From NCBI GenBank assembly GCA_025351385.1, contig JANXWA010000034.1, positions 30,406 to 94,405 on the forward strand: DNA of 64,000 bases. Reading direction: 5' to 3'. Source of the stretch: Acidimicrobiales bacterium. GTDB lineage: Bacteria > Actinomycetota > Acidimicrobiia > Acidimicrobiales > RAAP-2. The notes under the pieces are model-generated. The model did not search any database and had not been told where the DNA came from. It was given only the letters and a program-made list of their open reading frames with translations. A program made the translations under genes and the position numbers. How positions within the stretch are numbered: the first letter of the stretch is position 1; every line of letters begins with the position of its first letter. Of this stretch, positions 48,360-62,188 are shown in pieces.

Positions 48360-49343
48360 TTGAGTTCTGCCATCGAGTTCGTCTTGGCGACGCTGGTCAC
48401 CCTCGCGTCGAGTGCACTCCTCGTCACCCGCTTGGAGAAAGTCGGCGCGCGGCTGGGCTTCACTCAGGCCATTTTGGGACTCACGACCGCGCTGGCGGCC
48501 AACGCGCCTGAGATCACGAGCGCGATCACCGCCATGGCGAGGGGCCAGCGCGAGGTCGGCATTGGCGTCGTTCTCGGCTCAAACGTCTTCAACCTGGCCG
48601 CCCTGCTCGGTCTCGGCGCGCTCGTGGCCGGACGGATCGACCTGCATCGCAGGGTGGTGCTGTTCGCCGGGAGCGTCTCGCTCTGGATTGCCCTCGCCAG
48701 TGTCGGCACCGCGACCTCGCTGGTGCCCATCGGACTCTCCCTGACGCTGGCGCTGCTCGTCTTCGTCCCCTACGTCGTGCTCTCAGCGTGGCCCCACCTG
48801 CCGCGACGCCTCGGTGTGCCCAAAAAGGCCCGGACCTGGATGCGCCTGGCCATCCGAGAGGAGGAGGCCGAGACGGTCGGGGCGATCCATCCGAGCCCCG
48901 GCGACTGGCGTGACGCAATCTGGTCCGGCGTCGCCCTCGTGTTCGTCGTGCTCGCCAGCATCGTGATGGAACACACCGCCTCATCAATGGGAGCGCGCCT
49001 GGGATGGTCGAACATTGTCATCGGCGGGGTCGTGCTCGCCGGCGTCACGAGCCTGCCCAACGCAGTGGCGGCCGTCTACTTCTCCGCCCGTGGGAGGGCC
49101 TCGGTCGTCTTGAGCGAGGCCCTCAATTCAAACAACCTCAACGCTCTCCTGGGCTTCATGATCCCGGCGGCGATCTTGGGCTTGCACCACTCCACGTCAC
49201 CGGACCTCGTCGTCGCGGGCTTCTACCTCGGTCTCACCGTCGTGGCACTCACCTTGACCTACCTCGGTCGCGGAGTGAGCCGCGCCACCGGCTCGATCCT
49301 CATCGCCGGCTACGTCGTCTTCGTCCTCGTCGTCGCTCTCTGA
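48360..49343 (+). CDS. CaCA-family cation/Ca2+ exchanger membrane protein
   Basis: Two alpha-repeat motifs: LGLTTALAANAPEITSAI..GSNVFNL and GVTSLPNAVAAV...SNNLN. TTG start is uncertain. Confidence 0.75.
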   Translation: MSSAIEFVLATLVTLASSALLVTRLEKVGARLGFTQAILGLTTALAANAPEITSAITAMARGQREVGIGVVLGSNVFNLAALLGLGALVAGRIDLHRRVVLFAGSVSLWIALASVGTATSLVPIGLSLTLALLVFVPYVVLSAWPHLPRRLGVPKKARTWMRLAIREEEAETVGAIHPSPGDWRDAIWSGVALVFVVLASIVMEHTASSMGARLGWSNIVIGGVVLAGVTSLPNAVAAVYFSARGRASVVLSEALNSNNLNALLGFMIPAAILGLHHSTSPDLVVAGFYLGLTVVALTLTYLGRGVSRATGSILIAGYVVFVLVVAL

Positions 49344-49401
49344 GAGCGTCCGGACCAAGGGCACTGTTCAACAACGCCAGCGTCTTTGGCGACAGATAAC
49401 C

Positions 49402-51000
49402 TCAGCGCAGCGTGATCAGGTGGATGTCTTGAATTCCGTTGGTGTCACGAAGTCGATCGATGACGGCCTGAGGAGTCGGCTGCTCGGTGGAGAGGACCAT
49501 GAGAGCGGTCTTCGTTTGGGGGTCCGGCCCGACCGCCATCGACGATATCGAGATGCCGGCCTCGCCGAGCGCGACACCCACCAGGCCGATCATCCCGGGC
49601 CGGTCGTCGTTGTGCACGACCAGCATCGAGGCCGCCGGAGGGATTTCGACGCTGTGCCCGTCGACTCCGACGATGCGCGTCTCGAGGCGGGTTCCGATCG
49701 TCACCAGAGTGCCCGACACCTCGTGGTCGCCCGAGCGCACGGTGATCTGGTTCACGTACTCCGGTGACTCCACCGTCGAGGTCTCGTTGTAGGTGACGTT
49801 GTGGTCGGCAGCCAATTGGGGGGCGTTGACGAACGACACGCCGTCGAGGCCCGTGGCGGTGAGCAGCCCCTTCAGCGCGCAGAGCGTCAGGATCTTGGTG
49901 CCCGATCCGGCGAGCTCGCCCAAGTAAATGACCTCGAGATCGGCCGGCTTACCGTCGAGGAGTCCTCCGATGAATCGACCGAGCGCCTCAGCGAGGCCCA
50001 TGAACGGACGTACGGCGTTCGAGACGTCGCCCGCGGCGACGTTGACGGCGAATGGCACAAAGTCGCCCGCGAGGGCCAGTTGAACCTGCTCGGCGATCGT
50101 GACTCCGGCCTTGTTCTGGGCTTCGAAGGTCGACGCTCCCAGATGGGGCACCACGACGACCGACGATAGCTCGAACAGCGGTGACTCCGTCGTCGGCTCC
50201 TTCTCGAAGACGTCGAGCGCGGCGCCCTGGACGTGACCGGAACGGATCGCGTCGGCCAGGTCGGCCTCATTGACGATGCCGCCCCGCGCCACATTGATGA
50301 TTCGCACCCCCGGCTTGGTCAACTTGAGCGACTCGGCGTTGAGCAGGTTGGTCGTCTCCTTGTTCTTCGGCAGATGGATCGTGATGAAGTCGCTCTGGCG
50401 CAGAACCGTCTCGAGGTCGACGAGCTCGACACCCATGTGGCGGGCCCGATCCTCAGAGATGAACGGGTCGTAGGCCACCAGGCGCATGCCGAAGGCCATC
50501 GCTCGCTGGGCGACGAGGGCGCCGATCTTGCCGAGGCCGATCACGCCGAGCGTCTTGCCGTGAAGTTCCACGCCCTCCCACTGGCTGCGCTCCCACTTGC
50601 CGTTCTTCAACGCCGAGTGGGCCTGGGGGATGTTGCGCGCCTGGGCGAGCAGCAGCGCCATTGTCTGCTCGGCCGCCGAGAGGATGTTCGACACCGGAGC
50701 GTTGACGACCATCACCCCGAGCTCCGTTGCCTTGGCGACGTCCACGTTGTCGAGACCGATCCCCGCGCGCCCGACGACGACGAGGTCCTTGCCCGCCTCC
50801 AGCGTCGCCGCGTCCACTTTCGTCGCCGACCGGATGACGAGGGCCTGTGCGCCCTGCACCGCGTCAAGGAGTTCGGTCGGCGAGAGACCCAGTTGGACGT
50901 CGACCTCGTGACCGGCGTCGCGCAGCTTCTGGAGACCCGATTCGGCGATCTCTTCTGTTACGAGGACACGGGCCAAGGAAATACCTTTCGTAGAGTCCAC
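49402..51000 (-). CDS. serA: D-3-phosphoglycerate dehydrogenase (long form with ASB/ACT domains)
   Basis: 532 aa. GVIGLGKIGALVAQRA...ARGGIV...HLGAST plus a C-terminal ACT region. Confidence 0.9.
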   Translation of the reverse strand: MDSTKGISLARVLVTEEIAESGLQKLRDAGHEVDVQLGLSPTELLDAVQGAQALVIRSATKVDAATLEAGKDLVVVGRAGIGLDNVDVAKATELGVMVVNAPVSNILSAAEQTMALLLAQARNIPQAHSALKNGKWERSQWEGVELHGKTLGVIGLGKIGALVAQRAMAFGMRLVAYDPFISEDRARHMGVELVDLETVLRQSDFITIHLPKNKETTNLLNAESLKLTKPGVRIINVARGGIVNEADLADAIRSGHVQGAALDVFEKEPTTESPLFELSSVVVVPHLGASTFEAQNKAGVTIAEQVQLALAGDFVPFAVNVAAGDVSNAVRPFMGLAEALGRFIGGLLDGKPADLEVIYLGELAGSGTKILTLCALKGLLTATGLDGVSFVNAPQLAADHNVTYNETSTVESPEYVNQITVRSGDHEVSGTLVTIGTRLETRIVGVDGHSVEIPPAASMLVVHNDDRPGMIGLVGVALGEAGISISSMAVGPDPQTKTALMVLSTEQPTPQAVIDRLRDTNGIQDIHLITLR

Positions 51001-51026
51001 TAAGACTACGGGAACACGCCGACGAC

Positions 51027-53383
<2,357 letters not shown>

Positions 53384-53404
53384 GTCCGCCGGTACGCTCG
53401 AAGG

Positions 53405-54877
53405 GTGAGCATCGCCTGCGAGCAGTCGAGTCGAGTACTGGTCACCGGGGCAACGGGCTACGTCGGCGGGCGCCTGGTCCCTCGCCTGCTCGACGACGGA
53501 CACTCGGTTCGCTGTCTCGTGCGCACGCCCGACAAGCTGGCCGACGTCACGTGGTTGAGCCAGGTCGAGATCGTGCGCGGCTCGATCGACGAGCCGCTCG
53601 ACGGGGCCATGGCCGACGTCGACACAGCGGTCTACCTGGTCCACGGAATCGGCCAGAGTCACGACTGGGCCGCTCAGGAGTCTCGCGACGCCGAGCACTT
53701 CCGGCTCGCGGCCGAGGCCGCGGGCGTCAAGCGGATCATCTACCTAGGCGGCATGGGCGTCGATGACGCCGCGCTCAGCATGCACCTCGCGAGCCGGCAC
53801 GCCGTGGGCCGGGCCCTGGCCGCGGGACCGATCCCGGTCACCGAGCTACGCGCGGCGGTCATCATCGGCTCGGGCTCGGCCAGCTTCGAGATGCTGCGCT
53901 ACCTCGTCGAGGTGCTCCCGGTGATGGTGGCGCCCAAGTGGGTGGCCACCCGTTCCCAACCCATCGCCATCTCGGACGTGCTGGACTACCTCGTCAAGGT
54001 GATCGACTCCCCCGAGGCGATCACGGGGATCCTCGAAATGGGCGGTCCCGACGTCGTCTCGTACGCCGAGATGATGACCTTGTACGCCGAGGAGGCCGGC
54101 CTCAAGCGGCGACGCGTCATCATCGTTCCGTTCCTGACGCCGCACCTTTCGAGCCGCTGGGTTGGCCTGGTGACCCCGGTCCCGGGCTCACTCGCGCGCC
54201 CGCTGGTGGACAGTCTCATCAATGAGGTCGTCGTGCGCGATCAACGGATCGTCGACCTGCTCGGACCACCCCAGCGATCGCTGCGCCAGGCCATCAGCCT
54301 GGCCCTCGGCGTCATCTCACGCAACGAGGTGCCGACCACCTTCACCAACGCTGACTTCCAGCCCTTTCGAAAGTACGCCACCGACCCCGCGTGGTCGGGA
54401 GGCACCGAGCTGCGTGACGTACGCGTGCGTCATTCCGACGCGTCGGTCGACGACGTCTTCGCCGCCATCACGTCGCTCGGTGGCGAGAAGGGCTGGCACC
54501 GGGGAGAGTGGCTCTGGCGCCTGCGGGGGTTCTCAGACCTGCTCTGGGGTGGACCGGGACTGCGCCGAGGGCGCCGTCATCCCCACGAGCTGCACGTGGG
54601 TGACTACGTCGACTTCTGGCGAGTGGAGGCCATCGAGGCGGCGCCCCACCTGGTGCGGCTCCACGCTGAGATGGTCCTACCGGGCGAGGCGTGGCTTCAG
54701 TGGATCGTCACCTCGAGCGATCACGGCACTACCGTCACCCAAGAGGCGCTGTTCAAGCCCCGCGGACTGCTCGGGCGCGCCTACTGGTACGCCGTCGCTC
54801 CATTCCACGTGCTGGTCTTCCCAGGACTGTTGAAGGGCGTCGTCGCCGACGCCGAGTCCCGAGTCCCGGCGACTTAG
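53405..54877 (+). CDS. NAD(P)H-binding (NmrA/SDR-like) protein with DUF2867-type C-terminal domain
   Basis: [20 protein letters not shown]-terminus. C-terminal WR.....GD.VDFWRVE pattern. TACGCT-N6-GTG upstream. Confidence 0.7.
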   Translation: MSIACEQSSRVLVTGATGYVGGRLVPRLLDDGHSVRCLVRTPDKLADVTWLSQVEIVRGSIDEPLDGAMADVDTAVYLVHGIGQSHDWAAQESRDAEHFRLAAEAAGVKRIIYLGGMGVDDAALSMHLASRHAVGRALAAGPIPVTELRAAVIIGSGSASFEMLRYLVEVLPVMVAPKWVATRSQPIAISDVLDYLVKVIDSPEAITGILEMGGPDVVSYAEMMTLYAEEAGLKRRRVIIVPFLTPHLSSRWVGLVTPVPGSLARPLVDSLINEVVVRDQRIVDLLGPPQRSLRQAISLALGVISRNEVPTTFTNADFQPFRKYATDPAWSGGTELRDVRVRHSDASVDDVFAAITSLGGEKGWHRGEWLWRLRGFSDLLWGGPGLRRGRRHPHELHVGDYVDFWRVEAIEAAPHLVRLHAEMVLPGEAWLQWIVTSSDHGTTVTQEALFKPRGLLGRAYWYAVAPFHVLVFPGLLKGVVADAESRVPAT

Positions 54878-55908
54878 TCGGTGTCGCCGCCCGAGACATC
54901 CGAGACCTTCTGCTTGCCGGCCGAGACGAACGGCATCATGGCACGCAGCTTCTTGCCAATGTCCTCGATCGGGTGCTTCTTGCCGGCCTCGCGCAGCTCG
55001 CGGTAGCGCGGACGACCGATCTCGTTCTCCTGGATCCACTCGGCGGCGAAGGTACCGTCTTGGATTTCGGTCAGGATCTTCTTCATCTCGCCCTTGACCT
55101 GCTCGGTGATGACCCGAGATCCTCTGGTCAGGTCGCCGTACTCGGCGGTGTCCGAGACGCTGAAGCGCATGCCGGTGATGCCCTCTTCGTACATGAGGTC
55201 GACGATCAGCTTGAGTTCGTGCAGGCACTCGAAGTAGGCGCTCTCGGGCTGGTAGCCGGCCTCCACGAGGGTCTCGTAGCCGGCGCGCACCAGGGCGGAC
55301 ACGCCGCCGCAGAGCACGGCCTGCTCACCGAAGAGGTCGGTCTCGGTCTCCTCGGTGAACGTCGTCTCGAGCACGCCGGCGCGCGTGGCGCCGATCCCGT
55401 GCGCGTAGGCGAGCGCGATGTCGTGGGCGTGGCCCGTCGCGTCCTGGTGGACCGCGATCAGTGAGGGCACGCCGCCACCCTCGAGGAACGTGCGGCGAAC
55501 GAGGTGGCCCGGTCCCTTCGGCGCGACCATCGCGACGTCGACGTCGGCGGGCGGGTTGATGAGGTTGAACCGGATGTTGAAGCCGTGGGCGAACAGGAGG
55601 CACTTGCCCGCCGTCAGGTACGGCGCGATGTCGGCGTCGTAGGTGCGCTTCTGCTCGGTGTCGGGCACCAGCACCATGACGATGTCGGCCTCCTTGCACG
55701 CGTCGGCGATCGAGAGGACCCGCAGTCCGGCCTCCTCGGCCTTCAGCACCGACTTGGACTCGTGGCGCAGTCCCACGCGCACGTCGTAACCGCTGTCGTG
55801 GAGGTTCAGCGCGTGGGCGTGGCCCTGGGATCCGTAACCGAGGATCGCGATCTTCTTGCCCTTCAAGAGCTCGGGCTTGGCGTCGGCTTCGTAGTACATC
55901 GTGGTCAT
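54874..55908 (-). CDS. ilvC: Ketol-acid reductoisomerase
   Basis: [19 protein letters not shown]...[32 protein letters not shown]. Confidence 0.95.
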   Translation of the reverse strand: MTTMYYEADAKPELLKGKKIAILGYGSQGHAHALNLHDSGYDVRVGLRHESKSVLKAEEAGLRVLSIADACKEADIVMVLVPDTEQKRTYDADIAPYLTAGKCLLFAHGFNIRFNLINPPADVDVAMVAPKGPGHLVRRTFLEGGGVPSLIAVHQDATGHAHDIALAYAHGIGATRAGVLETTFTEETETDLFGEQAVLCGGVSALVRAGYETLVEAGYQPESAYFECLHELKLIVDLMYEEGITGMRFSVSDTAEYGDLTRGSRVITEQVKGEMKKILTEIQDGTFAAEWIQENEIGRPRYRELREAGKKHPIEDIGKKLRAMMPFVSAGKQKVSDVSGGDTD

Positions 55909-55937
55909 GGTGGGCTTTCTTTCTGTGTCGTCGATCG

Positions 55938-56477
55938 TCAGGCCTGGTCGGCCCGTCCAAGTCTAGGGAGTGCCACGCGGCCGGTTCGATGGAGCTCGAC
56001 CTCGGCGAAGCCCTCGAGGGCGCTCTCGAGTGCGTCGCAGGCCCCGGGCGTCCCGGCCAGCATGACCGTGACGGCGCCGGGGTCCACGTCGATGATCGCC
56101 GCCCCGGCGTTGCCCAGCGTGTCCAGCAGCGGCGTCCGGTTGGCCACGTCGGTCTTGATGGTGGCGAGCAGTAGCTCGCGCTCGACGGCGTCACGTGGCG
56201 CGAGGTCGGTGATCGCGACGACGTTCACCAGCTTGTCAAGTTGGCCCATGATCTGCTCGAGCGGGGCCGACTCGGCGTCGACGACGATCGTCACCCGCGA
56301 GAAGCGCGCGTGACCCTCCGCCGGCGCCACGGCCAGCGAGTAGATGTTGAAGCCCCGTCGGGCGAACAGTCCGGCGATTCGCGCCAGCACACCGGCCTTG
56401 TTCTCCACCAGCACCGAGAGGATGTGGTGGCGCACCGGCGTGTGCGCCACGTCGCCGAGGAACGGTTCCGGACTCAC
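55938..56477 (-). CDS. ilvN: Acetolactate synthase small (regulatory) subunit
   Basis: In ORF 55938..56753; GTG at 56477 overlaps the ilvB stop (GTGA). [30 protein letters not shown]. Confidence 0.85.
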   Translation of the reverse strand: MSPEPFLGDVAHTPVRHHILSVLVENKAGVLARIAGLFARRGFNIYSLAVAPAEGHARFSRVTIVVDAESAPLEQIMGQLDKLVNVVAITDLAPRDAVERELLLATIKTDVANRTPLLDTLGNAGAAIIDVDPGAVTVMLAGTPGACDALESALEGFAEVELHRTGRVALPRLGRADQA

Positions 56478-58186
56478 TTCGCACCTCGCTGGCTCGGGTG
56501 GACCATGATGTCGTCGTTGCTTGCGCCGGCCGCGACCATCGGGAAGACCTTCTCCGAGGAGTCGGTACGAAAGTCGATAACGACCGGCACGTCGTTGATG
56601 AGGTTGGCCTCCTTGATCACCTCGTGCATCTCGGCGAGGTTGCGCGCACGGAGTCCCACGCAACCCATCGCCTCGGCCCACTTCACGTAGTCGGGTAGGT
56701 CGGCGCTCAGGTAGACCTCGGAGTAGCGCTCGTCGTAGAACATCTCCTGCCACTGGCGCACCATGCCGAGATAGGCGTTGTTGAGGATGGCCACCTTGAT
56801 CGGCACCCCCTCGGCGCGCGCCGTCACGAGCTCCTGGGCGGTCATCTGGAAGCAGCCATCACCATCGATGCACCACACCGTGCGCTCCGGACGACCGACC
56901 TTCGCGCCGATCGCCGCGGGCACGCCGAAGCCCATCGTGCCGGCGCCGCCGGAGTTGACCCAGGTGCCGGGCTCTTCGAACTTCCAATACTGCGAGGCCC
57001 ACATCTGATGCTGGCCCACCCCGGCGGTGACGATCGTCCCGGGCGCGGCCGCGGCCGCGATCGCCTCGATCACGTGCTGGGGGCGCAACGGCCCGTCGGC
57101 CGTGGGCGCGTCGTAGGCGAGCGGGAACTCGGCCTGCCAGGAGCGGATGGTCCTCCACCACGGGCCGAGGTCCTTCGGCGTGGCGCTCGACGCGTCGAGG
57201 GCACGCAGGGCGGCCGCCACGTTGCTCTGGATCGCGACGTCGGCCTGGCGGACCTTGTTGAACTCCGCCTTGTCGATGTCGACGTGGATGACCTTGGCGC
57301 CGGCGGCGAAGGCGGGGATCTTGCCCGTCACCCGGTCGTCGAAGCGCGCGCCGAGCGAGATCAAGAGGTCCGACTTCTGGATGGCGGTCACCGCCGAGTA
57401 CATGCCGTGCATGCCGGGCATGCCGAGGTGCTGGGGGTGCGAGTCCGGGAAGGCGCCGCGCGCCATCAGCGTGGTGACGACGGGCATCCCCGTGCGCTCG
57501 GCGAACTCCAAGAGCTCCTTGGCGGCATTGGACTTGAGCGTCCCTCCGCCGACATAGAGCACCGGACGTTCGCTCTGAGCGATCAGCGCGACGGCCCGCG
57601 CGACGGCGTCCCCGTCGAGGGCGACCTCGGGCCGATAGCCGGGCAGATCGAACTCCTCGATCGTCGCGGGGTACCACCAGTCCATCATCGACTGGGTCAC
57701 GTCCTTGGGCACGTCGATGAGGACCGGTCCAGGGCGTCCGGTGGTCGCCAGGTGGAAGGCCGCGGCGACGGCGCGCGGGATCTCCTGAGCCGATTGGACG
57801 AGGAAGTTGTGCTTGGTGATGCCCATGGTGATGCCGGTGATGTCGCACTCCTGGAAGGCGTCGGTCCCGATCGAACCGGTGGCGACCTGGCCGGTGATCA
57901 CCACGAGCGGTGTGGAGTCCATGTGGGCGTTGCCGATGGGAGTGACGATGTTGGTCGCCCCGGGACCGCTCGTCACCATGGCGACGCCGGGACGCCCGGT
58001 CGCGAGGGCGTAGCCCTCGGCCATGTGGCCCGCCCCCTGCTCGTGGCGCACCAGGATGTGGCGGATCGTCGAGTCGATGAGTGGGTCGTAGACGGGCAGG
58101 ATCGCCCCTCCGGGCAGTCCGAAGATGGTGTCGACGCCCTCTTGCTCCAGGCTCCTGATGAGTGCTTGGGCTCCGGTGAGTTGCAC
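56474..58186 (-). CDS. ilvB: Acetolactate synthase large subunit
   Basis: [27 protein letters not shown]...GPGATN...[15 protein letters not shown] ThDP-enzyme motifs. AAGGAA RBS. Confidence 0.95.
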   Translation of the reverse strand: MQLTGAQALIRSLEQEGVDTIFGLPGGAILPVYDPLIDSTIRHILVRHEQGAGHMAEGYALATGRPGVAMVTSGPGATNIVTPIGNAHMDSTPLVVITGQVATGSIGTDAFQECDITGITMGITKHNFLVQSAQEIPRAVAAAFHLATTGRPGPVLIDVPKDVTQSMMDWWYPATIEEFDLPGYRPEVALDGDAVARAVALIAQSERPVLYVGGGTLKSNAAKELLEFAERTGMPVVTTLMARGAFPDSHPQHLGMPGMHGMYSAVTAIQKSDLLISLGARFDDRVTGKIPAFAAGAKVIHVDIDKAEFNKVRQADVAIQSNVAAALRALDASSATPKDLGPWWRTIRSWQAEFPLAYDAPTADGPLRPQHVIEAIAAAAAPGTIVTAGVGQHQMWASQYWKFEEPGTWVNSGGAGTMGFGVPAAIGAKVGRPERTVWCIDGDGCFQMTAQELVTARAEGVPIKVAILNNAYLGMVRQWQEMFYDERYSEVYLSADLPDYVKWAEAMGCVGLRARNLAEMHEVIKEANLINDVPVVIDFRTDSSEKVFPMVAAGASNDDIMVHPSQRGAK

Positions 58187-58211
58187 GATGTTCCTTTGTG
58201 ATTAGAGAAGC

Positions 58212-58238
58212 AAAAAGGCCTCCCTATCCTGGGAGGCC
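58212..58238 (-). terminator. Intrinsic terminator of the ilvBNC attenuator
   Basis: Reverse strand reads GGCCUCCC-AGGAUA-GGGAGGCC followed by UUUUUGCUU, ending about 25 nt before the ilvB GTG. Confidence 0.8.
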
Positions 58239-58260
58239 TCCGGTGTACGTACGAGCGTGA

Positions 58261-58314
58261 CTACCGGCGCCGAGCGCCTACTACCACCACAAGAATGTCG
58301 TTACGGGTCGTCAC
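58261..58314 (-). CDS. ilvBNC leader peptide MTTRNDILVVVVGARRR
   Basis: GTG ACG ACC CGT AAC GAC ATT CTT GTG GTG GTA GTA GGC GCT CGG CGC CGG TAG. A run of Ile-Leu-Val-Val-Val-Val lies upstream of the terminator. Confidence 0.65.
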   Translation of the reverse strand: MTTRNDILVVVVGARRR

Positions 58315-58354
58315 GTGTCAATCCTGACACACTGGCGCACTCAGCACAAGACGG

Positions 58355-60034
58355 CTACCGGGTGGTGACGGCACCCTTCTCCGCGCCCTGAACCAGGCGG
58401 GCGAACTTCTCGAGGACCCCCGTGGTGTAGCGAGGGACGAAGGGCGCGACGTGCTTGGCTCGCTCTCGCAGCACCGCCGGTCCGACGTCGAGGTCGATCG
58501 AGAGGTTGTCCACGTTGATCGTGATCCGGTCGCCGTCGTGCACAAGGCCGATCGGGCCGCCGTCGAGCGCCTCGGGCGCGACGTGGCCGACGCAGAAACC
58601 GTGCGTTCCCCCACTGAAGCGCCCGTCGGTCACCAGGGCGCAGTCGCCTCCGCGACCGACCCCCTTCATCGCCCCCGTCACCGCGAGCATCTCGCGCATC
58701 CCGGGCCCGGACCGGGGGCCCTCGTAGCGGATCACGACCACCGTACCGGGCACGATCTCGTTGGCCATGATCGCCGCCATCGCGGCGTCCTCGCCGTCGA
58801 AGACCCGTGCGGTGCCGATGAATTCCATCGTGTCGATCCCGGCCACCTTCACCACGGCTCCCTTGGGCGCCAGCGATCCGTGCAGCACCGCGATCCCGCC
58901 CTTGGCGTTGATGGCGTGGTCGACGTCGTGCACCACCTCGCCGTCGGGCTGGCGGGCATGGTACGCGGCGAGGCTGTCGGCCATGGTCTGGCCGCTCACC
59001 GTCATGACGTCACCGTGCAAGAGGTCATGCTCGAGCAGGTGGGCGAGCACGACCGGCACGCCGCCGATCCGGTCCAGATCGCTCATGTGGTACCTGCCGT
59101 GGGGCTTGGTGTCGGCGATGTGGGGCACGCGCCGGGCGACCTTGTTGAAGTCGTCCAGCTCGAGCTCGACGCGGGCCTCGTGGGCGATGGCGAGCAAGTG
59201 CAGGACGGCGTTGGTCGAACCCCCGAGCGCCATGACGACCGCGATAGCGTTCTCGAAGGCCTTCTTCGTCATGACCTGGCGCGCGGTGATCCCGAGGTCC
59301 AACAAGTTCAGCACCGCCAGGCCCGAGTCGTAGGCGTACTGGTCGCGACGGGGATCGATCGAGGGGACCGAGGCGCTGCCGAGCAGCGACATGCCGAGCG
59401 CCTCGCCGACGCTCGCCATCGTGTTGGCGGTGAACATCCCCGCGCAACTGCCCTCGCCCGGGCAGGCCGCGCACTCGATGGCCTTGAGCTCGGCGTCGGT
59501 GATGGCGCCGACGGCGTTGGCGCCGACGGCCTCGAAGACCGACACGATGTCAAGCGCCTCGCCGTTGAGCTCGCCGGGCATGATGGTGCCGCCGTAGAGG
59601 AAGACTGCCGGCACGTCGAGCCGCGCCGCGGCCATGAGCATGCCGGGCAGCGACTTGTCGCATCCGGCCAGCGTGACCATGGCGTCGAAGCACTCGGCGT
59701 GCATGACTGTCTCGACCGAGTCGGCAATCACCTCGCGCGAGACGAGCGAGGCGCGCATGCCCTCGTGGCCCATTGAGATGCCGTCCGAGACCGCGATCGT
59801 GACGAACTCGAACGGCACCCCGCCGCCGTCGCGCACCGCGACCTTGGTCCGCTTCGCCAGTCGGTCGAGCGGCAGGTTGCACGGGGTGACCTCGTTCCAG
59901 CTCGAGGCGACGCCGATCTGGGGCTTGGTCATGTCCTCGTCCGTGAGGCCCATGGCCCGCAGCATCGCCCTCGCCGGGGCACGGCCCTTGCCGAGGGTGA
60001 CGTCGGTGCTTCGCGGAGTGGGGTGGTTGGCCAT
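58355..60034 (-). CDS. ilvD: Dihydroxy-acid dehydratase
   Basis: [17 protein letters not shown]...CDKSLPGM...[18 protein letters not shown]6-ATG upstream. Confidence 0.95.
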   Translation of the reverse strand: MANHPTPRSTDVTLGKGRAPARAMLRAMGLTDEDMTKPQIGVASSWNEVTPCNLPLDRLAKRTKVAVRDGGGVPFEFVTIAVSDGISMGHEGMRASLVSREVIADSVETVMHAECFDAMVTLAGCDKSLPGMLMAAARLDVPAVFLYGGTIMPGELNGEALDIVSVFEAVGANAVGAITDAELKAIECAACPGEGSCAGMFTANTMASVGEALGMSLLGSASVPSIDPRRDQYAYDSGLAVLNLLDLGITARQVMTKKAFENAIAVVMALGGSTNAVLHLLAIAHEARVELELDDFNKVARRVPHIADTKPHGRYHMSDLDRIGGVPVVLAHLLEHDLLHGDVMTVSGQTMADSLAAYHARQPDGEVVHDVDHAINAKGGIAVLHGSLAPKGAVVKVAGIDTMEFIGTARVFDGEDAAMAAIMANEIVPGTVVVIRYEGPRSGPGMREMLAVTGAMKGVGRGGDCALVTDGRFSGGTHGFCVGHVAPEALDGGPIGLVHDGDRITINVDNLSIDLDVGPAVLRERAKHVAPFVPRYTTGVLEKFARLVQGAEKGAVTTR

Positions 60035-60121
60035 GGGGGAAGTCTACGAAATCGGGTGGCGCCGGCGCGTCGAGCCGCCACGCGACGGGCCGAGCGTGCC
60101 AGAATGCCCAAGGGGGAATCA

Positions 60122-61096
60122 GTGCGAATTGCGATCCTGGACGACTACTTCGACACGATCCGTGGACTGTCCTGCTTCGCGATGCTGTCGCGCCACGACG
60201 TCACCATCTTCAACGACCACCTCGACGACACCGAACTCCTCGCTCGACGCCTCGTCGACTTCGACGCCCTCGTCTTGATCCGGGAGCGCACCGAGGTCCG
60301 CGAGCCCCTCCTCGCCCGGTTACCCCGGCTCCGTTTGATCAGCCAGCGCAGCGTCTATCCCCATATCGACGTCGACGCCTGCACCCGGCTCGGCGTGGTT
60401 GTGTCGTCGGACCTCCACGCCGACACGCCGTCGTACGCCGCGGCCGAACTGACCTGGGGTCTCGTCCTGTCGGGCATGCGCGCCATCCCCCAACAGGTCG
60501 CCTCCATGAGGCGTGGCCATTGGCAGCAGGGCGTCGGACACTCGGTGAGGGGTAAGACGCTCGGCGTCTACGGCTACGGTCGCATCGGCCAGGTGGTGGC
60601 GGGCTACGGCCGGGCCTTTGCCATGGACGTCGTGATCTGGTCGAGTGAGGCGGGACGCCAGCGGGCGACCTCCGACGGATGGGCGGCGGCGGCGAGCCGA
60701 GAGGCTTTCTTCGAATCGAGCGACGTGATCTCGCTGCACCTTCGCCTGGTCGACGCGACCCGGGGCGTCGTCTCGGCGGCGGACCTCGGCCACATGAAGC
60801 CCTCGTCACTGCTCGTCAATACCAGTCGGGCGGGACTCGTCGGTCCGGGCGTCCTCGTTGAGGCCCTACGCGCCGGACGGCCCGGGATGGCGGCAGTCGA
60901 CGTCTTCGAGCACGAACCGGTGATGGACGTCGACGACCCCCTCCTGGGCATGGACAACGTCATCTGCACGCCGCACATTGGCTACGTGACCCACGAGGAG
61001 TGGAACCTGCAGTTCGCCGACGTCTTCGACCAGATCAACGCGTTCGACGAGGGTCGACCGATCAACGTCGTGAACCCCGGTGCGCTGGCGCCCTAG
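60122..61096 (+). CDS. D-isomer-specific 2-hydroxyacid dehydrogenase
   Basis: In ORF 60023..61096; GTG at 60122 with [41 protein letters not shown]. Confidence 0.8.
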   Translation: MRIAILDDYFDTIRGLSCFAMLSRHDVTIFNDHLDDTELLARRLVDFDALVLIRERTEVREPLLARLPRLRLISQRSVYPHIDVDACTRLGVVVSSDLHADTPSYAAAELTWGLVLSGMRAIPQQVASMRRGHWQQGVGHSVRGKTLGVYGYGRIGQVVAGYGRAFAMDVVIWSSEAGRQRATSDGWAAAASREAFFESSDVISLHLRLVDATRGVVSAADLGHMKPSSLLVNTSRAGLVGPGVLVEALRAGRPGMAAVDVFEHEPVMDVDDPLLGMDNVICTPHIGYVTHEEWNLQFADVFDQINAFDEGRPINVVNPGALAP

Positions 61097-61110
61097 TGGC
61101 CGGATCGCCG

Positions 61111-62142
61111 CTAGTGCTTCGGCGGATAGACGCTTACGGTCTCGCCGGTGGCGAGTAGCTCCACCCACGTCTGGCCCGGGCGCAGCGCGATGACCTTGCC
61201 CGCGTCGGTCCGGTAGGCGGTCGTCTTGGCGATGCTGGACCGGAACCAGTGACCGCGCTGTAACCGTCCGTCACTGAACACCATCGCCGGACCGGTGCCG
61301 GTCAGCTGGGCTTCGGAGCCTTCCACCCCGACTCCCCCCTTGTAGTTGACGCTCATGACGATGACGTTCGCCGGCGCGAGCTGGTGGCCGGCCGCGGTCA
61401 CGTCGGCGCGACCGAAGATCAAACGGGGCCACGAGTGGGTCTTGCCGTTCCACTGGAACTCGGTGGCGTAGCCCGCGAGGAAGTTGACGCTAAACCAGGC
61501 GACCGGCGCGCCGACCGGCGGGTTCGACGCGGGGACGTAGGTGAACAGCGGCCGGGGCACGCGGACCGGACCACCCAAGGACATCAAGGCCTGGGCGTTC
61601 GCGAACAGGTTGTGGGGCGGGGGGCGAGCCGGGTCGCGGAACATCGCCCCGCCGGCGTTGGACTGCTGGAAGAGCTTCACCGGAGCGGTCTCGATCGTCG
61701 ACACGGCGTACTGAGCGCCCCCCGAGAACGCGAAGAGGCCACCAATGGGAAAGACGATCTCGCGGTCGGTTCGGCGCACCGAGCGCACCGGGCCCACCTT
61801 GGGGGGCAGTTGGGAGTTGAAGATCGCCGCGAGCCGCGTGATGCCGCCCTCCACGATCTCCTCGTAGACCACGTCCGCCTGGTCCAGCGCGTACTGGGGG
61901 TGGGCCTCTTGGGTGTTGTCGATCTTGATCGTCAGCGCCGAGCGGTGCTTGGTCACCTTCGCCGGGTCGGGCAGGCCGGTCAGCGGGGCGACGTGCACCG
62001 GCTTGATGGTCGTGGTCGTCACCTCCGTCGACGTGGTCGAGCCGTTCGACGTGGTGGTCGTAGTCGTGTCGGCGGCCGCGATCGTCGCCAGCCCGATGCT
62101 CGCCACGAGTCCGGTGGTCAGCAGAAGGGGCAAGCGGCGCAC
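61111..62142 (-). CDS. Secreted DUF3048-type protein
   Basis: Signal peptide, Thr-rich linker, then PLTGLPDP...IKIDNTQEAHPQYALDQADVVYEEIVEGGITRLAAIF. Confidence 0.7.
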   Translation of the reverse strand: MRRLPLLLTTGLVASIGLATIAAADTTTTTTSNGSTTSTEVTTTTIKPVHVAPLTGLPDPAKVTKHRSALTIKIDNTQEAHPQYALDQADVVYEEIVEGGITRLAAIFNSQLPPKVGPVRSVRRTDREIVFPIGGLFAFSGGAQYAVSTIETAPVKLFQQSNAGGAMFRDPARPPPHNLFANAQALMSLGGPVRVPRPLFTYVPASNPPVGAPVAWFSVNFLAGYATEFQWNGKTHSWPRLIFGRADVTAAGHQLAPANVIVMSVNYKGGVGVEGSEAQLTGTGPAMVFSDGRLQRGHWFRSSIAKTTAYRTDAGKVIALRPGQTWVELLATGETVSVYPPKH

Positions 62143-62188
62143 GATTGAAAACTAGTGGCCCGGGGTGCGCACGACGTACCCCGCCGGA

